Virus record (IMG/VR): IMGVR_UViG_3300028800_000061
Coordinates: 95,824 to 159,823 of that record
Direction: 5' to 3' (one strand)
Length of the DNA stretch: 64,000 nucleotides
Source: a virus
Position 1 is the stretch's first letter. Each line of letters begins with the position of its first letter. The position numbers were made by a program, and so were the translations under genes. The notes beneath the pieces are model-generated. The model was not told where the DNA came from and ran no database searches. It saw only the letters and a list, made by a program, of their open reading frames with translations. Positions 37,437-47,133 of the stretch are shown one piece after another.

Positions 37437-37828
37437 GCGCAGATCCGGTAGCACAGGACAAAGCCGACCGCTGGCTGCCGACCGGGGCCGCTGTCCGTCA
37501 CGCCCAAGCGCTACTCGCTGCCGAGCCGCTGGCCGACCTGGCCGCCATCCCCATGATCCAGCCCGGTAAAACGTACGGCTGGTGGCGGCTCGGTCAGCAA
37601 GTCGAAACCGTGGCCGGTGTCGTGTTCATCGGCATAAACGGTGACGCACCCGCCGGTTCGGCGGTGCCCGACTACGCGTGGGCGCGCGATATGGCATCCA
37701 TGGTCGCGGCGACAGTACTCGGCGCTGACCGCGAGGGAACAGTCGGATGGGCCACCGTTGACCGGGATGGCTACGTCACCGTGACCGAAGACTGCATCGA
37801 GCGCGGGCACCGGCGGCGGACATCATGA
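37433..37828 (+). CDS. hypothetical protein
   Basis: ATGA overlap chain. Confidence 0.55.
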   Translation: MSADPVAQDKADRWLPTGAAVRHAQALLAAEPLADLAAIPMIQPGKTYGWWRLGQQVETVAGVVFIGINGDAPAGSAVPDYAWARDMASMVAATVLGADREGTVGWATVDRDGYVTVTEDCIERGHRRRTS

Positions 37829-38193
37829 GCGGTGAGCTACGCAAGATCCTGGTCAACGAAGCCGACTGGGATGAGCGCCCGCCCAACGCGATCCCGGAGT
37901 TCTGGCTGATCGTGAACGCGCCCCGGCCGCTAGCCGGCCCGATCACCTGGACCGGGCAGTTCCGCCACGGCATCTTCTACGCGGCCGCACCGGAGATTCT
38001 CCCCGGCACGTTCGGGTGGGCCGCCGATGACGCCTGGCTCATCCAGTTCATCACCAACGACCAGATCGAGAAACTCGTTCTCGCCAAGTTCGCTGAGTAC
38101 GGGTACGACAGCGCGGCGGCCGCAGGAGTCACCATCGCCGAGCAGGCTTACTGCATGGGCCTACCCTGGCATGAGAAAGAAGGATCGCAATGA
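37825..38193 (+). CDS. hypothetical protein
   Basis: ATGA overlap chain. Confidence 0.6.
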   Translation: MSGELRKILVNEADWDERPPNAIPEFWLIVNAPRPLAGPITWTGQFRHGIFYAAAPEILPGTFGWAADDAWLIQFITNDQIEKLVLAKFAEYGYDSAAAAGVTIAEQAYCMGLPWHEKEGSQ

Positions 38194-38432
38194 GCGTGGA
38201 ACCAACGCGGCCGCGGAGGGATCCCAGCGAGCACTCAGAGCGGGATGTCGCTGATATCCCGCTCGCCGCGATCGGCCGGATTGTGGAATACAACTGGGCC
38301 GACGAGGAGCGTGACCACGAGGAGTGCGCGGGTAACGGCAACAGTCAGGAGCACCACATCTTCAACGATCTGCGGGTCGTCCGGGACTGGCTTAACGCCG
38401 CTGGCTCAACGGGAGCGGAGGCCCGGCTATGA
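38190..38432 (+). CDS. hypothetical protein
   Basis: ATGA overlap chain. Confidence 0.6.
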   Translation: MSVEPTRPRRDPSEHSERDVADIPLAAIGRIVEYNWADEERDHEECAGNGNSQEHHIFNDLRVVRDWLNAAGSTGAEARL

Positions 38433-38737
38433 GCGAGGCGGCCGAAGGTCCGGGCGCTGTCGTTGTGGAAGTGGACATCATCCGCTGCCCGTGCTGCGGC
38501 GGCCAGTCCGTCCCCTGGACGACCGATTCTGTTACCGGCCAGTGCACGATCTGCGTCAAAGACGGCTGCGAGCCGGACAGCACTGAGTGTGCCCGGCAGG
38601 ACTTCCACGAGGACGAGGGCGACCGCACTCACTGCACGTTCTGCGGCAGCTCGCCGGCACCGCGGCTCGTCGGCGCCGCCAGCCCCGAAGAGAACCCTCG
38701 CTGCTGCGAGGACTGCTGGGATGAGAGGCTCCGATGA
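38429..38737 (+). CDS. Cys-rich hypothetical protein
   Basis: Multiple CxxC; ATGA overlap. Confidence 0.55.
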   Translation: MSEAAEGPGAVVVEVDIIRCPCCGGQSVPWTTDSVTGQCTICVKDGCEPDSTECARQDFHEDEGDRTHCTFCGSSPAPRLVGAASPEENPRCCEDCWDERLR

Positions 38738-39066
38738 GCGAAAAAGTCAGTCAACATCCTGGCGGCATCAGCCAGGAGGTCACGGTCGAAACCCAGGAGT
38801 GGATGGTCACCCAGACTGTCCCGGTTGTGGCCCGCACACCGTACGAGGCCGCCTGGGAAGCCCGGAAATCGCAGCGCGACCGGGACTCGGACATGGATGT
38901 GTTCAGCGTCGCCACGATGGACGGCCCGGTCCTGGTTGATCTGGGTGAGTTCCCAGACGGGAAGCCGTGCCGCGCCTGCGGTGAGTGCACCGGTGGCGGT
39001 GAGGGCTACGGCGGGCTCTGCGGTGTGTGCGCCGACCGGGCCGAGAGCCAGAGGCGGCCGTCATGA
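38734..39066 (+). CDS. hypothetical protein with C-terminal CxxC motifs
   Basis: ATGA overlap. Confidence 0.55.
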   Translation: MSEKVSQHPGGISQEVTVETQEWMVTQTVPVVARTPYEAAWEARKSQRDRDSDMDVFSVATMDGPVLVDLGEFPDGKPCRACGECTGGGEGYGGLCGVCADRAESQRRPS

Positions 39067-39377
39067 CACAGGAACCGATGATCGCTGTCAGCTGGGAGCG
39101 CCTGATCAGCTTCGAGGCCAACCTGCCTGTATCTGAGGTCCGGGCGGCCCTGGCCAGATGCCCGCGGCTCAGCCAGTCCGAGCTCGATCAGGCACTCAAA
39201 GACCTTGACCATGTTCTTGCCGGGCACCAGTTGGATGAGGGCGCGGCGGGCGGACTCGCTGAGTTCCTCCCGGAGGCTGTTCCTCTTGGTGACCGGGAGG
39301 AACGGAACCGGCAGGACACATCATGGCCGGAGGTCACTCACATCGAGGTGGCGGGCAATGGCCCGGCAGCCGGGTGA
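39063..39377 (+). CDS. hypothetical protein
   Basis: ATGA overlap. Confidence 0.55.
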   Translation: MTQEPMIAVSWERLISFEANLPVSEVRAALARCPRLSQSELDQALKDLDHVLAGHQLDEGAAGGLAEFLPEAVPLGDREERNRQDTSWPEVTHIEVAGNGPAAG

Positions 39378-39552
39378 GGGCCGGTGGGCCTATGAGGATA
39401 TCCGTGAGGAAATGGGTGGCAGCCTGACGCTCGATGACCTTGAGCCGGAGATGGTTGAGAAGGCGCGCGCGTGGGCGAAGCGGTCGCATCAGAAGTGGCC
39501 GCCGAGGCCGTCCCGGCGCGAGTGGCAAGTTCGGATCATCAAACTCCGGTAA
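39358..39552 (+). CDS. hypothetical protein
   Basis: GAGGTG RBS; last gene of operon. Confidence 0.5.
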   Translation: MARQPGEGRWAYEDIREEMGGSLTLDDLEPEMVEKARAWAKRSHQKWPPRPSRREWQVRIIKLR

Positions 39553-39869
39553 CCGGATCACTGGTGCCGGTGGTGGTGCCGCCCGATGCGCGGAAAAGAG
39601 GGCGGGTCAATGCTGCGACAACGTCGATCCCGGATACCGCGACAAGGGCCCTGGCGGGCTTAGTGGGACGTTAACCGCACCAGCCACCGTTCGCAGCCCC
39701 GTAGCGCGCTGTGCGCAGCGCCTACGGGGCTGCGGTGTTGCTGCGCATGGTTGCTGCGCTGCGCTTTGGTCGCCCCGCAGGTGCGCGTACAGCGCTGCCT
39801 AGCGTGCTGCGGCAGTGTGCTGGCCAGCGCGTGCAGCATGCCAGACGGGGGATGCCAGATCATAACGCG

Positions 39870-39925
39870 AAACGTGTAGACACTGTCCGCACGCATGGGT
39901 TAGGTTGTCTATATTGAGTAGATAA
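39870..39925 (+). promoter_or_regulatory. promoter plus operator copy 10
   Basis: AAACGTGTAGACA-18-TAGGTT; TTGTCT-N9-AGATAA. Confidence 0.65.
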
Positions 39926-39942
39926 TCTAAGGAGGTGTTCAC

Positions 39943-41469
39943 ATGGCATACGCAAGGCAGTACACAGGCGGGCGGTACAACGGGCAGGGCTCGCAGCGCA
40001 GCGCGCCGCAACGGCCGCGGGTGCTCAGCCCGGTACGGCAGATCACCCCAACCGCCGAGCAGCAGGCCATCATCGACGCTTACCGGACCGGTGCCGATCT
40101 GGTGATCAACGCCGGCGCCGGGAGCGGGAAGACCAGCACGCTGCGGTTGCTGGCCAACGCGACCCCCGGCAAGCAGATCCTTTACCTCGCCTACAACGGG
40201 GACACGAAGCGGGCCGCGTACGACACGTTCCCCCGGCAGGTCACCTGCAAGACCACTCACGGGCTGGCCTGGACCCCAATCGGGCCGGCGTTCACCGGCC
40301 GGACCAAAGCCGCCCGGATGAAAAGCACGGAGATCGCCCGGCTGCTCAAACTGCACGGGCCGACCAAGTTCTCCGAGCGCACCCTCGCCCCAGCGCAAAT
40401 CGCATCAATCGTGATGCAGACGATCAAGAAGTTCACGCACACCGCAGACCTGGCGATCAGCGACCGGCACGTGCCCCGCGACGTTAAAGGGCTCGAAAGC
40501 CGCGACGATCTCGACCAGTTGCGGGCGGTGGTCACGCCGATCGCCCGCCGGGCCTGGGCCGGGGATATCACCTCAGAGCACGGCAAGCTGCCGTTCGATC
40601 ACGACTGCTACCTGAAGATGTTCGCCCTGCAGCGGCCGCGGCTCGGGTACGACGTGATCTTGCTGGATGAAGCGCAGGACACCAACCCGTGCGTTGAGGC
40701 CATGATCGAAGATCAGCGGCAGCACGGCACCCAGCTGATCCTCGTCGGCGACCAGTACCAGTCGCTGTACGGGTGGCGCGGTGCAACCAACGCGATGGTC
40801 AACTTCAACGGGCAGCGGTTCATCCTGTCCCAGTCGTTCCGGTTCGGGCCCAAGATTGCCGAGCAGGCCAACATCTGGCTGGGGATCCTCGGCGCCGATC
40901 TACGGCTCACCGGATTCGACAAGATCCCCTCACGGGTTGAGGCGCTCACCCAGCCGTCGGCCATCCTGTGCCGTACCAACGCCGAGGCGCTCTCCCAGGC
41001 GATCCGCGAGCTCGGCGACGGCCGGCGGGTGTGCATGGCCGGCGGCACCAAAGACCTGAAATCAATGGCATACGGTGCGATCGACCTGAAAGAAGGCCGT
41101 CCCGCAGATCACCGTGACCTGTGCGCTTTCAGCACCTGGGGTGAAGTGCAGGATTACGTCGAGGATGATCCGGCCGGGGCCGACCTGAAAGTGTTCGTCA
41201 AGCTGATCGACAGTTACGACCCGTGGGTCATCCTGGACATCCTCAACCAGCTCACCGATAAAGCGGATCACGCCGATGTGGTGATCTGCACCGTGCACAA
41301 ATCCAAGGGCCTTGAGTACCGCACGGTGCTTCTCGCCAGCGATTTCGCTGAACCGCGGGAGGGTGAGCCCATTTCGGAGGAGATGGCGATGGTCATCTAC
41401 GTGGCGGTGACCAGGGCGAAACTTGTCCTCGATCCGGCTGGGGTGGCCTGGGTCAAGAACCACCTGTGA
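39943..41469 (+). CDS. UvrD/Rep-like superfamily 1 helicase
   Basis: PTAEQ, AGAGSGKT, LDEAQD, VGDQYQSLYGWRGA, SQSFRFG, LCRTNA, TVHKSKGLE, YVAVTRA. Confidence 0.93.
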   Translation: MAYARQYTGGRYNGQGSQRSAPQRPRVLSPVRQITPTAEQQAIIDAYRTGADLVINAGAGSGKTSTLRLLANATPGKQILYLAYNGDTKRAAYDTFPRQVTCKTTHGLAWTPIGPAFTGRTKAARMKSTEIARLLKLHGPTKFSERTLAPAQIASIVMQTIKKFTHTADLAISDRHVPRDVKGLESRDDLDQLRAVVTPIARRAWAGDITSEHGKLPFDHDCYLKMFALQRPRLGYDVILLDEAQDTNPCVEAMIEDQRQHGTQLILVGDQYQSLYGWRGATNAMVNFNGQRFILSQSFRFGPKIAEQANIWLGILGADLRLTGFDKIPSRVEALTQPSAILCRTNAEALSQAIRELGDGRRVCMAGGTKDLKSMAYGAIDLKEGRPADHRDLCAFSTWGEVQDYVEDDPAGADLKVFVKLIDSYDPWVILDILNQLTDKADHADVVICTVHKSKGLEYRTVLLASDFAEPREGEPISEEMAMVIYVAVTRAKLVLDPAGVAWVKNHL

Positions 41470-41557
41470 CCGCCGGGCCAGGGCCGCGGGCGGCGCCGAG
41501 CTTCCGCCCGCTGGCCCTGGTTCCACGGCAACAGCACATCAACGAAAGGGAACTGTT

Positions 41558-41917
41558 ATGCCACCCAGCACAAGCACCCTGTGGAATGCCACCAGGTACG
41601 TGCTCAACCACGCACGCGACCTGCTCACCGATGACAGCGCGGCTATCTACCACGAGGCGATCAGCGTTGACATGCTCGACGATCTCGCCGGGCTCGCCTG
41701 CAAAGTGTGGCTGACGGACGAGCCGCGGCAGTGGGCACAAGTTCAGGCGATGGTCCGCCGCTACCTGACCCAGGCGTGCGGTTACGAGCCGCTCGACGCG
41801 CTCGACCCTCTGATTGAGCGGGCCGCCGGGGATTTCGATCGCGCGGACCGGCAGTTGCAGGCCCAGCTGCTCAAGTACGCCCTGCTGCGGTGCCGGAACG
41901 CCGAGCGATCCGCGTGA
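41558..41917 (+). CDS. hypothetical protein
   Basis: AAAGGGA RBS. Confidence 0.6.
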   Translation: MPPSTSTLWNATRYVLNHARDLLTDDSAAIYHEAISVDMLDDLAGLACKVWLTDEPRQWAQVQAMVRRYLTQACGYEPLDALDPLIERAAGDFDRADRQLQAQLLKYALLRCRNAERSA

Positions 41918-42189
41918 CCAGGATCGAGTTCGGGGAGCCGGAGCAGACCACCATCCGCGATCTGACCATAGGTGACTTCGTGGTGGTGATCCCCACCCAG
42001 GAACGGTTGCGCGGGGTGCGGGTCAACAGCGCGGTCCAAACCATCACCGGGCGTGCCCGCGGCTGGCGGCTCGGCCAGGGCGCCAGCAGGCGGGTTGTGC
42101 CATCGCGGGTGCTCACATTCGTGAGCGCCGGCGAGGTGGACCGGCCTTCGCATTTCACGGTCACAGTGCGCAGGCCGATAGCACCGTAA
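41914..42189 (+). CDS. hypothetical protein
   Basis: GTGA overlap. Confidence 0.5.
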   Translation: MTRIEFGEPEQTTIRDLTIGDFVVVIPTQERLRGVRVNSAVQTITGRARGWRLGQGASRRVVPSRVLTFVSAGEVDRPSHFTVTVRRPIAP

Positions 42190-42197
42190 TCGCACCC

Positions 42198-42253
42198 AAA
42201 CGTATTGCCGTTGGCGTATTGCGGCTGCTAGTTTGTCCATGTTACATTGACAA
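42198..42253 (+). promoter_or_regulatory. promoter plus operator copy 11
   Basis: AAACGTATTGCCG-18-TAGTTT; TTGTCC-N9-TGACAA. Confidence 0.65.
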
Positions 42254-42266
42254 TATTAAGGGGTTG

Positions 42267-42638
42267 ATGGCAATGCCTGACACAGCGACCGTCCCAGGCG
42301 ATGGAACGCTCGCCCTGTACACGTGGCTCCTGGAGCACGACCGCGAAAGCAGCCATGCCGAGGCAGCCCGCATCCGCGACGAGGAGATCGGGCAGGCGCG
42401 TGATCTCGAAACCGGAGCGCTGCAGCGGGCGTTCGACGACTACATGGCTGACATCCGGGCCGCCCGCAAGGACGCCGACCGGCGCCGCGCCGGCGCCAAC
42501 CGCGCCTACGTCGCCTCGGCTGAGGCGCTCAACCTCTGGTACGACGTGCGGTTCACCGGCACACCGGAGGAAGTCCGGGCTGCGTTCGCCGCTTTCGTCC
42601 GCGCGCACCGCAACACCGGAGAGGACCTGGCGGCATGA
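42267..42638 (+). CDS. hypothetical coiled-coil protein
   Basis: AAGGGG RBS after operator. Confidence 0.6.
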   Translation: MAMPDTATVPGDGTLALYTWLLEHDRESSHAEAARIRDEEIGQARDLETGALQRAFDDYMADIRAARKDADRRRAGANRAYVASAEALNLWYDVRFTGTPEEVRAAFAAFVRAHRNTGEDLAA

Positions 42639-42952
42639 CCGATTTCGCGCTCAAAGTCCTCGACAGCGACGGCGGCGAGATGACCGGCTCCGCGGCCGTG
42701 GAAGCGCTTAGGGCTGGCCGGGCAGTGCGGATTGTCCCGGTGTACGCAGCCCGCCCGAGCCGGGCAGTGGACGGGGTGGATGTTGAGGTCCTGCCGTGGC
42801 GGCGGCGGCCGGGTAACCAGTTCGACCCGCCCGGGCTCGCCTGGGCGGGCAACCGCCGGCCGACAGATGACGAAGTGGAGATGTTCCTCCAGGCGGTTCG
42901 CGCTGGGGCGCTACTCATCCGCCTGGCCATCGAGAAAGGACACGGATCATGA
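42635..42952 (+). CDS. hypothetical protein
   Basis: ATGA overlap. Confidence 0.55.
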   Translation: MTDFALKVLDSDGGEMTGSAAVEALRAGRAVRIVPVYAARPSRAVDGVDVEVLPWRRRPGNQFDPPGLAWAGNRRPTDDEVEMFLQAVRAGALLIRLAIEKGHGS

Positions 42953-43233
42953 ACGCCGTAGCCGCCCGGGACCGGGTGTACGTGCCGATCGGTGAGCCGG
43001 TGCGGGTGATCCTGCCGGCATCCGAGGTGTGCATGCACATGCGGGTGACCGGCAAGGTCATGCAGGTGGCGCTGGTCAAGGACCGGCCGGGTGCGCCAGC
43101 GTACACGGTGAGCGCGCAGATCCTCCGTGAGGACGGCGGCAGGTTCGGTGCGCCGGTCCTGCCGGGTGAGGCCGGGTTCTACCAGGACGGGAGCATCTGG
43201 TACTGCTACCCGGCTGTGGGAGCCCGGCCATGA
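42949..43233 (+). CDS. hypothetical protein
   Basis: ATGA overlap; SEVCMHMRV motif. Confidence 0.6.
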   Translation: MNAVAARDRVYVPIGEPVRVILPASEVCMHMRVTGKVMQVALVKDRPGAPAYTVSAQILREDGGRFGAPVLPGEAGFYQDGSIWYCYPAVGARP

Positions 43234-43349
43234 GCCTCATTCACAGTGCGCAGTTCTGGTGGGGCTGCCTGTCCGGCGGCGGCGGGGTGGCCGCCGTCGT
43301 GATCTTCACCAAGCTGGCCAGGGATCTGCGGGGCAGGCGGTACGGGTGA
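43230..43349 (+). CDS. small membrane protein (39 aa)
   Basis: ATGA/GTGA overlaps on both sides; hydrophobic core. Confidence 0.5.
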   Translation: MSLIHSAQFWWGCLSGGGGVAAVVIFTKLARDLRGRRYG

Positions 43350-43585
43350 GCGCCGCCACCGGTCAGCGGGCTGCAGCGCAGCGGACCTGGCGGAAGCACT
43401 CTGCATCTCTCACCAGGGCGATTAACAGCGGCGACCCGGACCGGATCGTCACCGCGTGCCGGGCAGCGATCCGGGCTTGGGATCAGCCTGGTTGCGGGTG
43501 GCCGGATAACTGGTCGAAGTGGCAGCGGGCTCTCGACGACTCAAGGCCGTGGAACAAGCAGATCGCCCTGGAGGATCTGCGCTGA
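43346..43585 (+). CDS. hypothetical protein
   Basis: LTRA...AC..AI..W...WPDNWSKWQRALDD. Confidence 0.6.
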   Translation: MSAATGQRAAAQRTWRKHSASLTRAINSGDPDRIVTACRAAIRAWDQPGCGWPDNWSKWQRALDDSRPWNKQIALEDLR

Positions 43586-43670
43586 GCATTGACCGGGTCA
43601 CTCGCCGGATGTGCGGCCGGTAATGGCGAGTGGTCCCGGTGAAAGCTCAACCCGAACAGGAGGAGACACC

Positions 43671-44255
43671 ATGTTGCACCAGATCAAACTGATCCAGCTC
43701 AGTGCGGGGCACCGGATCGGTGGCACGCTCACGGATGCGCAGTCGCGGGAGTTGTTCCGGGTGCGCGGCCGCGGCGTGCACAACCCGGAGTTCTGGCACC
43801 GGATCATCCGGATGGGCAGCGACCTGCAGCTGATGGCGCAGCCCGGCGTGATCAGCAACGGCCGGATGGCCAGCGATCAGCAATTCGTCGCCGCGCCGGT
43901 GCACATCGGCTCGTACATGCTGGTCGACGGCACCGGGTACAAAATCACGGCCCGGACGCTTGCCGATCCTGAGCTTGTACCGGTCGATGGACTGGTCGTC
44001 GAGGCGCTGCTCATCGACGGCACGTGGTCAGTTCACAACGCCGGGTGCGCGGACGTGGCCCGCAAGGCCCCGTTCTCGGCGCACGGGCAGAGCCTGATCA
44101 CCGCCGGGCCCGATCAGCAGAGTGTCGGTGAGTGGCTGAACTCCGACTTCATCGCCGAGGGCGCCATCACTCCGGCGCACGCGCTAGATGATGTGTCGTT
44201 CGCGCCGTGCCTGGCCGGGCTGCCGATGAACGCGGGCCGGGCCGGCAATGGATGA
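43671..44255 (+). CDS. hypothetical protein
   Basis: AGGAGGAG RBS; VHNAGCADV...FAPC domain. Confidence 0.65.
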   Translation: MLHQIKLIQLSAGHRIGGTLTDAQSRELFRVRGRGVHNPEFWHRIIRMGSDLQLMAQPGVISNGRMASDQQFVAAPVHIGSYMLVDGTGYKITARTLADPELVPVDGLVVEALLIDGTWSVHNAGCADVARKAPFSAHGQSLITAGPDQQSVGEWLNSDFIAEGAITPAHALDDVSFAPCLAGLPMNAGRAGNG

Positions 44256-44511
44256 CGAACTGGAAGTGCTGGCGGACCGGGCCGAGCTGGTGCTCGAGTC
44301 GGGCGGCCGTTGGTCACCGCGGCGGCTGGCCGCGGTGTGCGGGGCCCATCCAGCGGATGTTCAAGCTGCGTTGCTGCATGCTGCCGGAACTGGCAGCCAC
44401 AGCGCGCTGCAAACCACGCCGCAGGGTTTGCGGTGTGCGCACGTAACACTGCGCGCTGCGCACCGCAACGGTGGAGGCGCGCAGCGTAGCGCCGAGCGTG
44501 CCGCCCTATGA
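44248..44511 (+). CDS. hypothetical protein
   Basis: Overlaps neighbours; 3' half lies in a GpC-rich tract. Confidence 0.4.
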   Translation: MDDELEVLADRAELVLESGGRWSPRRLAAVCGAHPADVQAALLHAAGTGSHSALQTTPQGLRCAHVTLRAAHRNGGGAQRSAERAAL

Positions 44512-44864
44512 CCGGGGAGATCGGGGTTGTTTACCTGATCTGCTTCCGCCGGCGGTACAAGCACGCCGGGCATTACATCGGGTGGACCAACAGCCTTCTG
44601 CGGCGTCTCCGGACACACGCGCGAGGTAACCCGTGCGGTAAGGCGGCCCGGTTGATGGTTGTCATTCATGAGGCCGGGATCGAATGGGATCTTGTGTGCG
44701 CGTGGGAGGGCACACGTGATGATGAGCGACGGCTGAAGAACCGGCATGGGGCGAACAAGTTCTGCCCGCGGTGCAACACCAATCCGCAGCGGGTCAGCCT
44801 ACCCCGCGTAGATGAGAGGGAGATTGAGCGTGCGCAGACAGCGCTTGCCAAAGCAGCAGCCTGA
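44508..44864 (+). CDS. GIY-YIG nuclease
   Basis: GVVYLICF...HYIGWT..L.RRL..H..G; ERRLK; CPRC. Confidence 0.85.
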   Translation: MTGEIGVVYLICFRRRYKHAGHYIGWTNSLLRRLRTHARGNPCGKAARLMVVIHEAGIEWDLVCAWEGTRDDERRLKNRHGANKFCPRCNTNPQRVSLPRVDEREIERAQTALAKAAA

Positions 44865-45129
44865 CATCATCCGGCGACTGTCGGAGGCCTATCACGTCCC
44901 GGAGACAGTGGCCGCCTATGAGCCGTGGTCGAACGGGTGGGCGATCGGTTTCAAAGTCACTCACCCCGATGGGCGGGTGGAGTTCGTTTACCTGAACCCG
45001 TCCACCCTTGAGGATCCAGAGCACGAGACTCCGAACGTGTTCCTGTACCACGGCACGACTGGCGATCCGTCTGATGACGGGACTGTCTGCTACGTCGACC
45101 TGTTCAGGGGGGATGGCCGGGATGGCTGA
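44824..45129 (+). CDS. hypothetical protein
   Basis: NGWAIGF...FVYLNPS...PNVFLYHG; start uncertain. Confidence 0.55.
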   Translation: MSVRRQRLPKQQPDIIRRLSEAYHVPETVAAYEPWSNGWAIGFKVTHPDGRVEFVYLNPSTLEDPEHETPNVFLYHGTTGDPSDDGTVCYVDLFRGDGRDG

Positions 45130-45415
45130 GGTTCTGAGTGCAACCCAGGCGAACGCGATCCGGTACGCGGCGGAGGCTACCGGAGCTGATCCAGCTGAGG
45201 TTCTGATCAGTTACTCCGGCCGCGGCATGTTCGGTGAACAGTGCCTTGGGCTCAAAGTCAGCTTCTTCTTGCAAACGTGCGTTTTCTTCAACACCCTGGC
45301 GGATGCCGATAAAGCACTGTCCTCAGCTCTGTACGACGATCACCGATCAGAATCACTGGGGATGGGGACCATTGTGTACTTCCCCCGGTACCAGTTGCCC
45401 GATCTGGAGGGCTGA
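45122..45415 (+). CDS. hypothetical phage protein
   Basis: YSGRGMFGEQCLG...SLGMGTIVYFP motif of a widespread small phage family. Confidence 0.7.
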   Translation: MAEVLSATQANAIRYAAEATGADPAEVLISYSGRGMFGEQCLGLKVSFFLQTCVFFNTLADADKALSSALYDDHRSESLGMGTIVYFPRYQLPDLEG

Positions 45416-45418
45416 ACG

Positions 45419-45607
45419 GTGGATAGCCCGATCATCAATGCGGACGAGATCCCCGACGATCTCGCACCGGGCACGTACTGCTGCCGTGTCGACGACAGCA
45501 CGACCTGGGCTGGGTTCCGGTACCGGTTTGTCGTCCCGCCTCGTGTCCATGTCCCAGGTGACTGCCTAGTACAGATCGTCAAGGCTGCCCCAGGTACGGA
45601 GGGCTGA
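45419..45607 (+). CDS. hypothetical protein
   Basis: GGAGG RBS. Confidence 0.5.
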   Translation: MDSPIINADEIPDDLAPGTYCCRVDDSTTWAGFRYRFVVPPRVHVPGDCLVQIVKAAPGTEG

Positions 45608-45610
45608 CCC

Positions 45611-45856
45611 GTGCCGTTCACGGTGATCGGCTTGCCCGGTGGGATGGTGCGCGTGGAGAACGCGGCCACCGGGCGTGTTGCCGCGAAGTGCACGACCCCG
45701 GCTCGGGCGCGGGCGCAGCTCCGCGTGCTGCACGCTGTTGATCAGCGGGCCGGGCACGGGTTGTGCTCGTGCCCGTGCTTGTGCTGGCAAGGCGGCGATG
45801 GTGACGGCGGATGGTGCCTGGATTGCCGGGGTGGGCGGCACAGTGGATCCAGGTAA
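45611..45856 (+). CDS. hypothetical protein
   Basis: GGAGGG RBS; ARAQLRVL; Cys-rich tail. Confidence 0.55.
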   Translation: MPFTVIGLPGGMVRVENAATGRVAAKCTTPARARAQLRVLHAVDQRAGHGLCSCPCLCWQGGDGDGGWCLDCRGGRHSGSR

Positions 45857-45932
45857 CACGCCTGAGCCGGCTCTGCGTAAATGGGAGATGGCCTGGTGAT
45901 CGCGGGCCGGGCGCGCACGGTGGCGACGTCGG

Positions 45933-46439
45933 ATGCTCGGGTGTGCGCGGGCGGATCCGGGCTGGTACTACCTGGCCAGGTGCGCGCTGCCTGAGGATGG
46001 CGGCCCGGGCGGGTGGTATCTGCGCGATGCGGAAGATGCCGGCCGCCTGGATTTCATGGGTGCGCTGAAACCGGTGGCGTTCCGTGCGGCGAACATGGAG
46101 ATATACCACCGTCAGGATGAGGTGGACGGCCGGGCGGCTTACTTCTCGATCGCGATGGAGATGGTGACTGGTTTCAGCGACCGGGATGCCATTGATGCCG
46201 CGCCGTGGTGGCATGCCGCTGATGTGATGCCGCGGCGGTTTCTCATGGGCCCGGTTCGTGATGCGCGGCGGTGGGCGGTGTCGCAGCAGATGCAGTGGCC
46301 GCCGGAGTGCGTGACTGGCGGGATTATGCGGGCCGAATGTTATTGGAAACGTGTTGACACTGTTCCGCCGCGGCTGCTAGTTTGTCCATGTAATAAGGAC
46401 CGGCTGTGCGGCCGGGCCATCGACACGAAGGAGACACCA
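45933..46439 (+). CDS. hypothetical protein (frame continues without stop into next gene)
   Basis: Plausible globular sequence; no stop before 47012. Confidence 0.4.
46347..46402 (+). promoter_or_regulatory. promoter plus degenerate operator copy 12
   Basis: AAACGTGTTGACA-18-TAGTTT; TTGTCC-N9-GGACCG. Confidence 0.65.
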
Positions 46440-47012
46440 GTGGAAACCACCACCGCGCCGGACCCCGCCGGCACCGAGACCACGCAGACCGGGAGCGAGG
46501 CGAGCGAGGCGAGCGAGGCGCAGCCGGCCCGCGTGTTCAACAACGGGCTCACCCCCGGGCACGACAAGACCGGCGCACCCTTGCAGGCCGGTTACGTGGG
46601 CCACTGCCAGGCGTGCGGGTTCCCGTTCTCCAAGCAGCAGAAGCGGCCGATCTGCCAATCCACGGTGGCCTGCAAGAAGCGGCTGGGCGACGGCACCTAC
46701 ACCGGCGGCGCTTCCTCCCCGGAGAGCACCCCGCCCGCGCCGGCGGGTGAGAGCCCGCAGCCGGAGAGCACCCCACCGGGCGGTGCCAGTGCCATCCCCG
46801 GGCCCGCCCCGGTGCCCGGTCCCAGGCCGGCGGGACGGAACCGGCGTGAGCCGGTGCCCACCCCGCGGCCCCCGGCCGGACGCAAGGGCAGCAGGCTCGC
46901 CCGGGCGGCGGAACTCGCCGAGCGGGACCACGCCGCTATCACCACCGGCGAGGACGCCGAGGCCGCGCAGTTGCGGCAGGAAGCCGAGCAGGCGCAGGCC
47001 GACGCCGCCTGA
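46440..47012 (+). CDS. C4 zinc-finger protein with disordered flanks (paralog of 25120-25734)
   Basis: AAGGAG RBS; GYVGHCQACGFPFSKQQKRPICQSTVACKKR. Confidence 0.7.
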   Translation: METTTAPDPAGTETTQTGSEASEASEAQPARVFNNGLTPGHDKTGAPLQAGYVGHCQACGFPFSKQQKRPICQSTVACKKRLGDGTYTGGASSPESTPPAPAGESPQPESTPPGGASAIPGPAPVPGPRPAGRNRREPVPTPRPPAGRKGSRLARAAELAERDHAAITTGEDAEAAQLRQEAEQAQADAA

Positions 47013-47133
47013 CCGGCCGGGAGGCCCAGACAGGGTGCACATGCCGCCCCGCCGTGGCATGTGCACCCATCCGGGTAACAGCCCGGCCGGGACATGTGCG
47101 ACACCCGGATCCTCATCAAGGAGGCACCAGATC

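Noticed and set aside
33605-41469. Inteins in terminase or helicase
   Set aside because: Lengths are normal, with no C...HN-C/S/T splice motifs or LAGLIDADG blocks.
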